Assembly: GCA_947165255.1 (NCBI GenBank)
Contig: CAMUZR010000016.1
Location: forward strand, 875-64,874
Origin: an uncultured Bacteroidales bacterium
Lineage (GTDB): Bacteria > Bacteroidota > Bacteroidia > Bacteroidales > P3
Reading direction: 5' to 3'
DNA length: 64,000 bases
A program made the translations under genes and the position numbers. Below the pieces are notes generated by a model. The model worked only from the letters and a program-made list of their open reading frames with translations. It made no database searches and was not told the origin of the DNA. How positions within the stretch are numbered: position 1 is the stretch's first letter; each line of letters opens with the position of its first letter. Positions 9,049-18,610 of this stretch are shown in pieces.

Positions 9049-9074
9049 AGCTGTATTATTTATTTTTGAGTTTG

Positions 9075-9082
9075 CAAAGATA
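9075..9082 (-). promoter_or_regulatory. -7 promoter box (TATCTTTG on the minus strand) for pepP
   Basis: The reverse complement of caaagata matches TAnnTTTG, 26 nt upstream of the ATG at 9048. Confidence 0.55.
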
Positions 9083-9116
9083 CGAAAAAAAATTGTATTA
9101 GTATAAAAATTATTCG

Positions 9117-9124
9117 TATCTTTG
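9117..9124 (+). promoter_or_regulatory. -7 promoter box (TATCTTTG) for glnA
   Basis: TAnnTTTG match 30 nt upstream of the ATG at 9155, arranged back-to-back with the pepP box. Confidence 0.55.
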
Positions 9125-9154
9125 CAGCCCAATTTAAAATAGAGATTTATACAT

Positions 9155-10660
9155 ATGAAACAGGAAGAGCTTAAACTTAACCCCAACCGTTTGGTGCAGT
9201 TCCTTCAAAAACCCATGAAGGAGTTTACCAAAGCAGATATCCTCAAGGTCATCGAGGAGTTCCAAATCGAGATGATCAACTTCCGTTACATGGCCAACGA
9301 CGGAAAGCTGAAAACGCTGAACTTTGTCATCAACAGCCTGGAGCATGCCGACGAGATTCTCACCTCGGGCGAGCGTGTTGACGGCAGCAGCCTGTTCCCC
9401 TACATCGAGGCCGGCAATAGCGACCTGTACGTCATCCCCCGCTTCCGCACGGCTTTCCTCGATCCCTTTGCCGAAATTCCCACCCTCGACATCCTGTGCA
9501 ACTTCTACACTAAGGATGGCAAACCCTTCGAGATGGCTCCGGAGTACACCCTGCACAAGGCTGGCAATGCCTTTCGCGAGGTGACAGGCGGCATGGAGTT
9601 TGAGACCATGGGCGAGTTGGAATACTATGTCATTGCTCCCCGCGAGGACGACTACCAGGCCGAGGACCAGCACGGCTACCACAATTCCACCCCGTTCTGC
9701 AAGTTTGAAAACTTCCGCACCGAGGCCATGAAACTCATTGCCGAATGCGGCGGCCTGATTAAGTACGGCCACAGCGAAGTGGGCAATTTCTATCTGGGCG
9801 ACAACATGTACGAGCAGAACGAGATTGAGTTCCTCCCCACTACCCTTGAGGACTCGGCCGACCAGCTGGTGATTGCCAAATGGATCATGCGCACATTGGG
9901 CAACCAATACGGCATCACCGTCACCTTTGCTCCCAAGATTACCGTGGGCAAGGCCGGCAGCGGCATGCATATACACACCCGTATCAGTAAGGACGGGGAG
10001 AACATGTACGTGGGCGAGAACGGCCTTTCCGAGGTGGCTCTGAAGGCTATTGCCGGCATACTGAACTGCGCCGGTTCGCTCACCGCCTTCGGCGACACCA
10101 ATCCTACCAGCTATTTCCGCCTGGTGCCCCATCAGGAAGCCCCCACCAATATCTGCTGGGGCGACCGCAACCGCAGCGCCATGGTGCGTGTGCCACTGGG
10201 CTGGACCAAAGGCTCGGGCAACATGATGGCCGACTGCAACCCACTGGAAAAGAACGACGCGGTAGACTTCAGCCATAAGCAGACCATCGAGCTCCGTACC
10301 CCGGACGGAAGCGCCAACGTGTACCTGCTGCTGGCAGGCATGGCCGTCGCCGCCCGCCACGGTTTTGAGATGGAGAATGCCGTGCAGTATGCCCGTGACC
10401 GCTACGTGAGTGTCAATATTTTCGAGCACGAAGAGGTGCTGAAACGCCTCGACGTGCTGCCCGACAGCTGCGCCGCCAGCGCCGACCTGCTGGAGCGCGA
10501 CCGCGCCATTTACGAGGAGCGCGGCATCTTCGCCCCCGGCCTTATCGACGGCATCATTAAGGAGTTGCGCTCGTATGACGACCGCACCCTCCGTGCCGAC
10601 ATTGGCAACGACTCTGAGAAGATTCTGTCTCTGGTGGAAACCTACATGCATTGCGGCTGA
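9155..10660 (+). CDS. glnA: Glutamine synthetase (about 500 aa form)
   Basis: Contains KYGHSEVGNF, GSGMHIHTR and NPTSYFRLVPHQEAPTNICWGDRNRSAMVRVP, the canonical GS catalytic motifs. Confidence 0.88.
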   Translation: MKQEELKLNPNRLVQFLQKPMKEFTKADILKVIEEFQIEMINFRYMANDGKLKTLNFVINSLEHADEILTSGERVDGSSLFPYIEAGNSDLYVIPRFRTAFLDPFAEIPTLDILCNFYTKDGKPFEMAPEYTLHKAGNAFREVTGGMEFETMGELEYYVIAPREDDYQAEDQHGYHNSTPFCKFENFRTEAMKLIAECGGLIKYGHSEVGNFYLGDNMYEQNEIEFLPTTLEDSADQLVIAKWIMRTLGNQYGITVTFAPKITVGKAGSGMHIHTRISKDGENMYVGENGLSEVALKAIAGILNCAGSLTAFGDTNPTSYFRLVPHQEAPTNICWGDRNRSAMVRVPLGWTKGSGNMMADCNPLEKNDAVDFSHKQTIELRTPDGSANVYLLLAGMAVAARHGFEMENAVQYARDRYVSVNIFEHEEVLKRLDVLPDSCAASADLLERDRAIYEERGIFAPGLIDGIIKELRSYDDRTLRADIGNDSEKILSLVETYMHCG

Positions 10661-10725
10661 TTTCTTAGCACACACTTTAAAGAATTAAATCATTTATTTG
10701 TTAACCATTTTAAATTCAAGCAAAA

Positions 10726-11172
10726 ATGAAAAAAACATTGTTTGTGGCTTTATTAGCCTGTTTCACCCTGATGTTTGCCTCGTGCAACAAAGAAAAAGAA
10801 CTGGCCGGTACCAACTGGAAGACCCACACCACCACCTCACAGTCCATTGCGATGGCAACCGTCAACATGACCATCGATGGCACCATGAAGTTCACCGATG
10901 CCACCAAAGGTACCATAACCCTCACCACCAACGGCACAATGGAAGCCATGGGCATGAGCGAGAATCTTGACGAAGAGACTATGACATCCGACTTCACCTA
11001 CACCTTCGATGGCGAAAAAGGTGTCGTGACCATCACCGAAGATGGCGAAACCGAGGCCATGCCTTTCACCTACAACAAGAAAGACAACACCATCGCCTTT
11101 ACTTTCAGCATTTCCGACGACGAGACTGGTCTCAACTTCTCCTTCGACATGGTGTTCAACGAAGATAAGTAA
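10726..11172 (+). CDS. Small lipoprotein, lipocalin-like, function unknown
   Basis: Lipobox LMFASC after a signal peptide. The mature part is Thr/Asp-rich and beta-strand-like. Confidence 0.6.
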   Translation: MKKTLFVALLACFTLMFASCNKEKELAGTNWKTHTTTSQSIAMATVNMTIDGTMKFTDATKGTITLTTNGTMEAMGMSENLDEETMTSDFTYTFDGEKGVVTITEDGETEAMPFTYNKKDNTIAFTFSISDDETGLNFSFDMVFNEDK

Positions 11173-11678
11173 TGCCGACCCTATTTCTACTCATTGGTGG
11201 AAACCAAGGCGACCGCGAAACACTGCTTCGCCAAGCAACAGACCTGATACAGCACCGTATCGGGTCTGTTGCTGGTTTATCTGAAATATACCAAACCGCC
11301 CCCTGGGGCACTTTCGACGCGGACGAGGAGCCGCAAGATTTCCTCAACCAGGCACTTAAAATCTCAACGCGGCTATCCCCATCCGAGTGCCTTTCCGAAG
11401 CCCTCGCCATCGAAAAAGAGCTGGGACGCAGACGGAAGGTGCAGGACTCACCGCTCTATACTTCCCGTCCCATCGACATTGACCTTATCTTCTACGACTC
11501 CCTCATTATCCACTCCCCCAATCTCACCCTTCCCCATCCCCGTATGCATCTGCGCCGTTTTGTCCTCACCCCGCTGTGCGACATAGCGCCTGACTATATC
11601 CATCCCATTTTCAACAAGAACCTTTCGCAACTTTTATCCGAATGTCCCGACACCTCTTCTTGCTTTCCCTACTGCTGA
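11172..11678 (+). CDS. folK: 2-amino-4-hydroxy-6-hydroxymethyldihydropteridine diphosphokinase
   Basis: Contains LLIGGNQGDR, YQTAPWG, RPIDIDLIFY, LTLPHPRMHLRRFVLTPL, all HPPK signature motifs. Confidence 0.9.
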   Translation: MPTLFLLIGGNQGDRETLLRQATDLIQHRIGSVAGLSEIYQTAPWGTFDADEEPQDFLNQALKISTRLSPSECLSEALAIEKELGRRRKVQDSPLYTSRPIDIDLIFYDSLIIHSPNLTLPHPRMHLRRFVLTPLCDIAPDYIHPIFNKNLSQLLSECPDTSSCFPYC

Positions 11679-14080
11679 TTCCTTTGGCCTTGATGGGCCA
11701 GCACACCGTCAGCGGCACCGTCACCGACCACTCCAATGGCGAGACCCTCATCGGCGCCACGGTGATTGACACCCGCAGCGGCAAGGGCACCACCACTAAT
11801 GCCAACGGCCGTTTCAGCCTCACCCTCAAGGGCGACAGCGCCTTGCTGCGCATTACCTACGTGGGTTATGAACCCCTCTACGACACCCTAGCGCTCAAGG
11901 CCAACATTACCCGTAAATACATCCTCAAGCCCAGTGTGCAACTACAGGAAGTCACCATCACCGCCCAGCGGATTAACTCGCGCGAGTCGGCGCAAATGAG
12001 TGCACTAGAGATGCCTGTTGAGCAGCTCAAGGCTGTGCCAGTACTGTTTGGCGAGGCCGACATTCTCAAGGCCATACAACTGCTTCCCGGCGTACAGTCG
12101 GGCAACGAGGGCACCGGCGGCATGTATGTGCGCGGTGGCGGCCCCGACGAAAACCTTTTCCTGCTTGACGGAATACCGCTCTACAACGTCAACCATCTGG
12201 GCGGTTTCTTCTCTGCCTTCAACGCCGACGCGGTGAAGAACGTCACGCTCTACAAGGGCAGTTTTCCCGCCCGATTCGGTGGCCGCCTTTCCAGTGTGCT
12301 GGACGTGACCACAAACAACGGCAACGATAAGGAAATTCACGGCAATGCCTCGATTGGTCTCATATCTGCCAAACTGGCCGTGGAAGGCCCTATCGTGTCG
12401 GAAAGGACCACATTTTCTCTATCGGCCCGCCGCACCTACGCCGACCTCCTGCTCAAGCCTTTGGTGGCCAAATTGGCTCTGGATGCCGACGGCAAGACCA
12501 AACTCAAGGCAGGCTATCATTTCTATGACATCAACGGCAAAGTAGTTCACACCTTCTCTGACAAGAGCCGCCTCTACGCCACTTTCTACGCAGGAGATGA
12601 TGATGCTAACATACGTGTGCGTACCCAAAGCAGCCTGCAGGAAGACCAGTATCTTTCATTTGTGAACAACTGGGGCAATATGGTGGGCGGACTCCGTTGG
12701 AACTATGTTCTCGGGCCGCGCCTTTTCATGAACCTCACCGGTTCCTACACGCAGTATACCAACGCAATGGACTTTGGACTAGAGACCATCGCCACTCTGG
12801 CCGACGGCACCGAGCAGGTCTCCACCATCGACGGAAACTACCTTTCCTCCATTCGTGATCTCACCGGCCGCGTCGACTTTGCCTTCACTCCTAACACCAA
12901 CCACGACATTCAGTTTGGAACCTTCCTCACCCACCACTGGGTGCGTCCCAGTGTGGCCAGCGCCAGTATTAACTACTACGACCAGATACAGATGAACGAG
13001 GCCTGGCAGATGGATACTAACATTCAGGATGCACTAGTAGTGGCCAACGACTGGGTGGTATTTGCCGAGGACGACTGGAACATAAACGACCTCCTCAAGG
13101 TGAACTACGGCCTCCACTTCAGCGGTTTCCAAGTCGAGAATTCCTTCTATCCCTCACTCCAACCCCGTCTGTCGGCTCGACTTCTGCTTGGCGAAAACAT
13201 CTCTTTCAAAGCTGGATATGCCTATATGTCACAGTATATGCACCTGCTTTCCACCACCAGTGTATCGATGCCCACCGACCTCTGGGTGCCTTCCACCGAC
13301 CGTATCAGACCCATGAATGCCCATCAGGTGGCCGCCAGCTTCTGTTACGACATCCCATTGGTGGCCGAAATCTCGGTAGAGGGGTATTATAAGTTCATGT
13401 CCAACCTAATAGAGTATAAAGACGGCACTACTGCCTTCGGCACCTCACAAGGGTGGGAAGACCTCGTATGTATGGGTGACGGCTGGACCTACGGCGTGGA
13501 ATATCTGGCCCAACGCAATTTTGGCAATCTCACCGGCTGGATAGCCTACACCTGGAGTCGCACAAATCACCTCTTCAACCGTCCTGGACAGGAGCTCAAC
13601 CATGGCAACCCCTTCCCGGCTAAGTATGACCGCCGTCATGACCTTTCCATTGTCCTAAATTATAAGTTCAGTAAGCGCTTCGACGTTTCTGCCACCTGGG
13701 TTTTCTGCACCGGAAACACTGCCACCCTGGCCATGCAACGCTATCCCCGAGCCTCTGACGAGGCGGATGACTACGACATTGGCCGCGGCGGTCTCTCGCA
13801 CGTCAGCAGTCGCAATAACTACCGTATGCCCACCTACCACCGCGCCGACATCAGCGCCAACTTCCACCGTACCTTCAAGACCCGGCTGACACTGGCCAAC
13901 GGCGAGCCCCGCAAAATTCGCCGCACTATCAACGTCAGCGTATATAACCTATATAACCACGCCAACCCCTACCTCACCTACACCAGCAGCCAGTACTCCT
14001 ACCTCGGCTATAGCCGCGCACTGGTCCAGCTATCCATTTTCCCCATCCTGCCATCGGTATCCTACACACTTTATTTCTAA
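11642..14080 (+). CDS. TonB-dependent receptor with N-terminal carboxypeptidase-regulatory-like domain
   Basis: Signal peptide, VSGTVTD...GATV...TTTNANGRFSL (CarbopepD_reg), plug region (VPVLFGEADILKAIQLLPGVQ) and a beta-barrel ending in an aromatic residue (YTLYF). Confidence 0.88.
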   Translation: MSRHLFLLSLLLIPLALMGQHTVSGTVTDHSNGETLIGATVIDTRSGKGTTTNANGRFSLTLKGDSALLRITYVGYEPLYDTLALKANITRKYILKPSVQLQEVTITAQRINSRESAQMSALEMPVEQLKAVPVLFGEADILKAIQLLPGVQSGNEGTGGMYVRGGGPDENLFLLDGIPLYNVNHLGGFFSAFNADAVKNVTLYKGSFPARFGGRLSSVLDVTTNNGNDKEIHGNASIGLISAKLAVEGPIVSERTTFSLSARRTYADLLLKPLVAKLALDADGKTKLKAGYHFYDINGKVVHTFSDKSRLYATFYAGDDDANIRVRTQSSLQEDQYLSFVNNWGNMVGGLRWNYVLGPRLFMNLTGSYTQYTNAMDFGLETIATLADGTEQVSTIDGNYLSSIRDLTGRVDFAFTPNTNHDIQFGTFLTHHWVRPSVASASINYYDQIQMNEAWQMDTNIQDALVVANDWVVFAEDDWNINDLLKVNYGLHFSGFQVENSFYPSLQPRLSARLLLGENISFKAGYAYMSQYMHLLSTTSVSMPTDLWVPSTDRIRPMNAHQVAASFCYDIPLVAEISVEGYYKFMSNLIEYKDGTTAFGTSQGWEDLVCMGDGWTYGVEYLAQRNFGNLTGWIAYTWSRTNHLFNRPGQELNHGNPFPAKYDRRHDLSIVLNYKFSKRFDVSATWVFCTGNTATLAMQRYPRASDEADDYDIGRGGLSHVSSRNNYRMPTYHRADISANFHRTFKTRLTLANGEPRKIRRTINVSVYNLYNHANPYLTYTSSQYSYLGYSRALVQLSIFPILPSVSYTLYF

Positions 14081-14103
14081 TGCAACCCCATAATATTTGT
14101 AAC

Positions 14104-15165
14104 ATGAAAACTAGCCGCTTTCTCCTCATAACCATTCTGGCACTAACTTTCTCTGCCTGCGAGAAAGTCATACAAGTCGACCCGATGGACTCCCCCTCGG
14201 AGCTGGTGCTTAACGGCGTTCCTTCGGCCGAAAGAGATTGTTTTGTTTATTTTGCCAACAGCCACTTCTTTCTCGACACCTCGAACGACCACCCTGTCGA
14301 CGGTGTGGAGATGGCCCTCACTGTCAATGGCAACGAATACCGTCCCACCCGTGTCGACCGCTGCCGCTACTACTTCGACTATACTGCCCAAGCCGACGAC
14401 AGCCTCTCTATTCGGGTACAGGCTGGCAACAGGCTGGTCACCTCCAGCACTTACGTACCACGCATGCCCCAAATCAGCGACCCTGTAGCCTTTATCAACA
14501 GCGACTCCACTTTCAACCTGCTAGTGGTCAACTTTACCCTCACCGACCCAGCCGATTATCCTAATTACTATCGTTTCCTTATTACCGAACGTGACAGTGG
14601 GGCCATTTATATTCCTTATTTCGACTATTCCGACACCATCGACACTACCTTCAACAGTATATTTTTCTGTCTTGACAAAGCCCTTACTAATCCCAATGCT
14701 GCTGCTACCGAAGCCCTAGGCGGTTACCTATACACACAGTTGCTCACCACCGATGCCAACATTGACGGCACCAGCCACAATGCCTCCATCCTAGTCATCC
14801 TGCTGCGCGACACCAACGAGATACAGCCCTACATTCATCAGTACGGTCTCTCCGTTGAGTGCGTCACTCCCGCCCGCTATCGCTACCTACAGAATATCGA
14901 CGCCATCAACAGCATGATGTCGATTATTGCCGAGCCGCCGGAGGTATACAGCAATGTCAATGGTGCCTTGGGTATCTTTGCAGGCAATGCCAAACGCACT
15001 TTTCCCCTCCTCTCCATCTCTGATGGACAAGTGGTCAGCACACATGGCGGCATACCCCTGATTGAAGACCCCACGCTCATAACGCGCTACCGTTCCCATA
15101 TTCCCTCGTGGGTAATTGACCAGCTGCGTGAACGGCGGCACAAATCCTCCCTCCGGCACAAATAA
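14104..15165 (+). CDS. DUF4249-like lipoprotein partnered with the TonB-dependent receptor
   Basis: Lipobox LTFSAC. It lies immediately downstream of the receptor, which is the usual TBDR + DUF4249 arrangement in Bacteroidota. Confidence 0.6.
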   Translation: MKTSRFLLITILALTFSACEKVIQVDPMDSPSELVLNGVPSAERDCFVYFANSHFFLDTSNDHPVDGVEMALTVNGNEYRPTRVDRCRYYFDYTAQADDSLSIRVQAGNRLVTSSTYVPRMPQISDPVAFINSDSTFNLLVVNFTLTDPADYPNYYRFLITERDSGAIYIPYFDYSDTIDTTFNSIFFCLDKALTNPNAAATEALGGYLYTQLLTTDANIDGTSHNASILVILLRDTNEIQPYIHQYGLSVECVTPARYRYLQNIDAINSMMSIIAEPPEVYSNVNGALGIFAGNAKRTFPLLSISDGQVVSTHGGIPLIEDPTLITRYRSHIPSWVIDQLRERRHKSSLRHK

Positions 15166-15172
15166 AAAGCGC

Positions 15173-15685
15173 ATGAAACTGTACCTCCTCGGCTATATGT
15201 ACAGCGGAAAAACCACCGTGGGACGTTCGCTTGCCCAGCAGCTTGGTTTCGGTTTTGTCGATCTCGACCAACTCTTCGAGGAACGTTACCATACCTCTAT
15301 TCCGCTCTTTTTCAACCGCTATGGTGAGGATGCATTCCGTAAGTTGGAGCAATTGATGCTTCACAGCACAGAAATGATGGACAACGCCGTTATCAGCACT
15401 GGTGGCGGAACTCCATGCTATTTCGACAACATGGAGTGGATTAACGCCCACGGCGTTTCGGTCTATTTAAACGTAAGTGTGGCCAAAATCGTACAGCGCG
15501 CCCACGCCTCTAAAAAAATACGCCCCGTTCTGGCCAACAAAAGTCCCGAAGAGCTTCAGGCATTCATTGAGTGCCAACTAGCCCAACGCATGCCCTTTTA
15601 TCGCATGGCTCAAATTCGCTTCCCTGCTGACGAACCTGACATATCATCTTTGCTCCGAATTATTAAGACTGAGGAGTCGACCTAA
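15173..15685 (+). CDS. aroK: Shikimate kinase
   Basis: Contains LLGYMYSGKTTVGRSLA (P-loop), FVDLD and STGGG motifs. The start is at MKLYLLG. Confidence 0.88.
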   Translation: MKLYLLGYMYSGKTTVGRSLAQQLGFGFVDLDQLFEERYHTSIPLFFNRYGEDAFRKLEQLMLHSTEMMDNAVISTGGGTPCYFDNMEWINAHGVSVYLNVSVAKIVQRAHASKKIRPVLANKSPEELQAFIECQLAQRMPFYRMAQIRFPADEPDISSLLRIIKTEEST

Positions 15686-15739
15686 TTCTGGGCACTGAAC
15701 TTCGGATTGCGGAGAGGCTCCAGTGGCGATAGTAAAACC

Positions 15740-16789
15740 TTAATGGCAAATCCGCTTCAAACTACACGAGACTAGTTTTCCCTCGTCGTCGTATAGGTGC
15801 ATCCCGTTTCCCTCGCAGTAGCGCCACGACTTGCAATGGGCGCACTGGTCTTTCTTAGCCCAACGGCGGTCGCGAAAAGGTTGGAAACGGTTCTCCCACA
15901 CCTCCCACAGATTGTCCTGATAGATATTGCCCTGGTGGAAATTGCTCCTGATGCTGGTGCAGCCTGAGATGCTTCCGTCGCATAGCACCGACGCCACCTC
16001 CACTCCGGCTCGGCAGTTGAAATAGTAGTCTCGCACCTCGCGCTCGTATGGGCCTAAGTAGCCCTCGCAGGCATAATTGCATATAATACGTCCCTCGGCA
16101 CGAGTTTTCTTTACAAACTCCAGCACCCCGGTGAAAAGCTTGTCGTTCAACTGCAGCTCTGGGTCGTTGGCTGCGCGGCCCATGGGAAAGATGGCAAAGA
16201 CACGCCAGCGCTTGCAGTTCAGCCTTATTAGGTGCTCCTTAATTGCCTCCAACTGGTGATAGTTACGAGGATTCACACAGGTGACCACATCCCAAAGCAG
16301 GTCGGGGGTCTGTCCTAGCAGCCTTATGGCCTCCGACGCCCGTTCAAAGCCGTGGGGCGTCTGCCGCATCCAGTCGTGCTCCTCCTGCAGACCGTCCAAA
16401 CTGACAGTAATCGAGTGCATGCCGCTCCGTAGCAGACCGTCTAGCCTACGCTCGTTCAGCAGGAAACCGTTGGTCACCATTCCCCAAGGGAAGCCGCGGC
16501 GATAGAGTTCCAGCCCGCAGGCCTCAATGTCGGGACGCAGCAAAGCCTCGCCCCCGGTGAATACCACAAACACCTTGTGGGGATCCACATGAGGCGTAAT
16601 GTCGTCCACCGCCTTGAAGAAATCGGCCGCCGGCATATCGGGCGTAGTGGTGCTCACCTTGCAGTCGCTACCGCAGTGGCGGCAACGCATATTACACCGC
16701 AGCGTACACTCCCAAAAGAGTGTCCGCAGCGGATGCAGCTGGGCTTGGTTGTGCCTATACTGCCTCCAAACTTCCTGCCTCAGATCCAT
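15740..16789 (-). CDS. Radical SAM/SPASM-domain protein (lipoprotein-associated family)
   Basis: CTLRCNMRCRHCGS supplies the CX3CX2C cluster. The Cys-rich C-terminal SPASM region is CRAG...CDGSISGC...CAHCKSWRYCEGNG. Confidence 0.85.
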   Translation of the reverse strand: MDLRQEVWRQYRHNQAQLHPLRTLFWECTLRCNMRCRHCGSDCKVSTTTPDMPAADFFKAVDDITPHVDPHKVFVVFTGGEALLRPDIEACGLELYRRGFPWGMVTNGFLLNERRLDGLLRSGMHSITVSLDGLQEEHDWMRQTPHGFERASEAIRLLGQTPDLLWDVVTCVNPRNYHQLEAIKEHLIRLNCKRWRVFAIFPMGRAANDPELQLNDKLFTGVLEFVKKTRAEGRIICNYACEGYLGPYEREVRDYYFNCRAGVEVASVLCDGSISGCTSIRSNFHQGNIYQDNLWEVWENRFQPFRDRRWAKKDQCAHCKSWRYCEGNGMHLYDDEGKLVSCSLKRICH

Positions 16790-16799
16790 CTGTTTGGGG

Positions 16800-17360
16800 T
16801 TACTTCTTCTCCATAGTGATGTTCACCTCTTTCGACCTCTTGCCCTGATACCATTTCGAGCCCTGCTCAGTTTGGTCTTCCGAAGTGAACTTCACCTCAA
16901 TCATCTGGTTCTCATAGTGGCCGTTCTTGTCGCCGTCAATGTCGCGCACCAACACACGCTGCGTCTCTACTGGCACGTCGCGCGTCTGCGTCTCAAAGCG
17001 TCCCTCGGCATCGGTAGTGTCCGAATAGTTGCGGATATAGTCTTGCACGTAGGGGTTATCCTCCTGGAAATACTCGGGTGAAATGTCGACCGTCTGGTTC
17101 ACCAAAATCACCTGCATGCCTTTGATCGGTTTACCCTGTTCGTCAGTCACTCTGCCCTTCACTTCAAAGTCCATCTGGGGCACACCGTACATGACAGCCA
17201 TCTTGCCGGGGTCAAAGGTCTCGACCGGGTCTTTTTCGGGCTTGGCCGGCTGCTGTGGCTCCTGGGCCACTTCTTTGCCGCAGTGGCACGAGGTCAGTCC
17301 AAGCAATCCCATAGCCGTCATCAGCAGCCAGTCTTTCATTTTCAAAAAACGGATTTTCAT
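16800..17360 (-). CDS. Radical-SAM-associated putative lipoprotein
   Basis: Lipobox LGLTSC and a carboxypeptidase-regulatory-like stretch, KGRVTDEQGKPIKGMQVILV. The gene ends 10 nt before the rSAM start. Confidence 0.7.
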   Translation of the reverse strand: MKIRFLKMKDWLLMTAMGLLGLTSCHCGKEVAQEPQQPAKPEKDPVETFDPGKMAVMYGVPQMDFEVKGRVTDEQGKPIKGMQVILVNQTVDISPEYFQEDNPYVQDYIRNYSDTTDAEGRFETQTRDVPVETQRVLVRDIDGDKNGHYENQMIEVKFTSEDQTEQGSKWYQGKRSKEVNITMEKK

Positions 17361-17380
17361 AATACTATAGTGTTATCAAG

Positions 17381-18475
17381 TTATTCACTCTTCTCTACGT
17401 CTTTTTCAGCTCTGCTTAACCGTTCCTGCTGCACCCTTACACTCTCAGCATGGATTTTTTCAAAAATCCCCTTCACAAATTCTGGCTCCAAATGCAACTC
17501 TTCTGCTGTAGACAGCCGCTGCTGCAACAGCGACTCCCATCGTTTGGGCTGGAAAACAGCCAAATTGCTTTGAGCCTTCACACGGGCTATCTCACCCGAC
17601 ACCTCCAACCTTGAGGCCAGCAGCCGCAGCAGTTGGTCATCGATACGGTCTATCTGACCGCGCATCAGGCGCAACTCCTTATCTGCCATGCCCCCATCTG
17701 TCTGACGCAGAACCAGCTTGCCTAGCAATTCCTTCAAACCTTCAGGGGTAATCTGCTGGCGTCCATCGGTCAAAGCTTCATCGGGATGAGGGTGAACCTC
17801 CAACATTAGCCCATCGAAACCCAAGTCCATGGCCCATTGAGCCACCTCTTGCAATAGTTCGCGACGGCCTGCAATATGGCTGGGGTCAGTTACGATGGAA
17901 ATATCGGGCATAACGCGGCGCAGTTCAATAGGCACCTCCCAGAGGGGGTGATTGCGATAGCCGCCATTTTTCAGTACGTCAAAGCCCCGGTGCACGGCAA
18001 TTACCTCAGACAGACCCACCTGTCTGCAACGTTCGATTGCACCCATCCATAGGCGCACGTCGGGACTGGGTGCATTTTTCACCAGCACCGTCAGACCCGT
18101 ACCCCGTATGGCTTCGGTCAATTCCTGCACCATGAAAGGATTGGCAGTGGTTCGGGCGCCAATCCACACGGCCGAAAGTCCGTATCGCATCACCAACTCC
18201 ACGTGTTGGGGCGTAGCCACCTCGCAAGCAAAAGGCAGCGGGCGAAGCCCCTCAGCCCGCAGTTTTTGAGTAAGGTCGGAAATCCAACGTAAAGCCTTCT
18301 CTCCCAACCCTTCAAAACCGCCTGGGCGGGTGCGGGGTTTCCACACACCGCAGCGCACCATCGACACTTGCGGCATCTGCGCCAGTGCCGACACCACGGC
18401 GTTGAGCTGCTCTCGCGACTCCACACTACACGGTCCTGCTATTATAAATGGCTTCTGTGCATCCATCAATCTCAT
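17381..18475 (-). CDS. Bifunctional 3-deoxy-7-phosphoheptulonate synthase / chorismate mutase
   Basis: An N-terminal DAHP synthase I-beta/KDO8PS-type TIM barrel (GPCSVES...KPRT...) is joined to a C-terminal chorismate mutase type II helix (LRLMRGQIDRIDDQLLRLLASR). Confidence 0.85.
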   Translation of the reverse strand: MRLMDAQKPFIIAGPCSVESREQLNAVVSALAQMPQVSMVRCGVWKPRTRPGGFEGLGEKALRWISDLTQKLRAEGLRPLPFACEVATPQHVELVMRYGLSAVWIGARTTANPFMVQELTEAIRGTGLTVLVKNAPSPDVRLWMGAIERCRQVGLSEVIAVHRGFDVLKNGGYRNHPLWEVPIELRRVMPDISIVTDPSHIAGRRELLQEVAQWAMDLGFDGLMLEVHPHPDEALTDGRQQITPEGLKELLGKLVLRQTDGGMADKELRLMRGQIDRIDDQLLRLLASRLEVSGEIARVKAQSNLAVFQPKRWESLLQQRLSTAEELHLEPEFVKGIFEKIHAESVRVQQERLSRAEKDVEKSE

Positions 18476-18610
18476 AACGCAGAAAACCCCATTCTATTGC
18501 CTCCGCCGCAAAAATATCCCTCTCGGTACAAAGGCTGTTTCTATTGGGTAGAAACAAGCGGGGAGCCCCCACAATGGAGGCTCCCTGCTCATAGGATGTC
18601 AAATGGACGG

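Noticed and set aside
9134-10675. 513 aa ORF antisense to glnA. Similar long antisense or alternate-frame ORFs occur at 58794..60488, 39053..40381, 54416..55405, 24034..24726, 24730..25434, 61982..62590 and 62823..63788.
   Set aside because: Each lies entirely inside a gene with unmistakable conserved motifs on the other strand or frame. Their translations are low-complexity and rich in A, G, V and R, which is typical of stop-poor antisense frames in GC-rich coding DNA.
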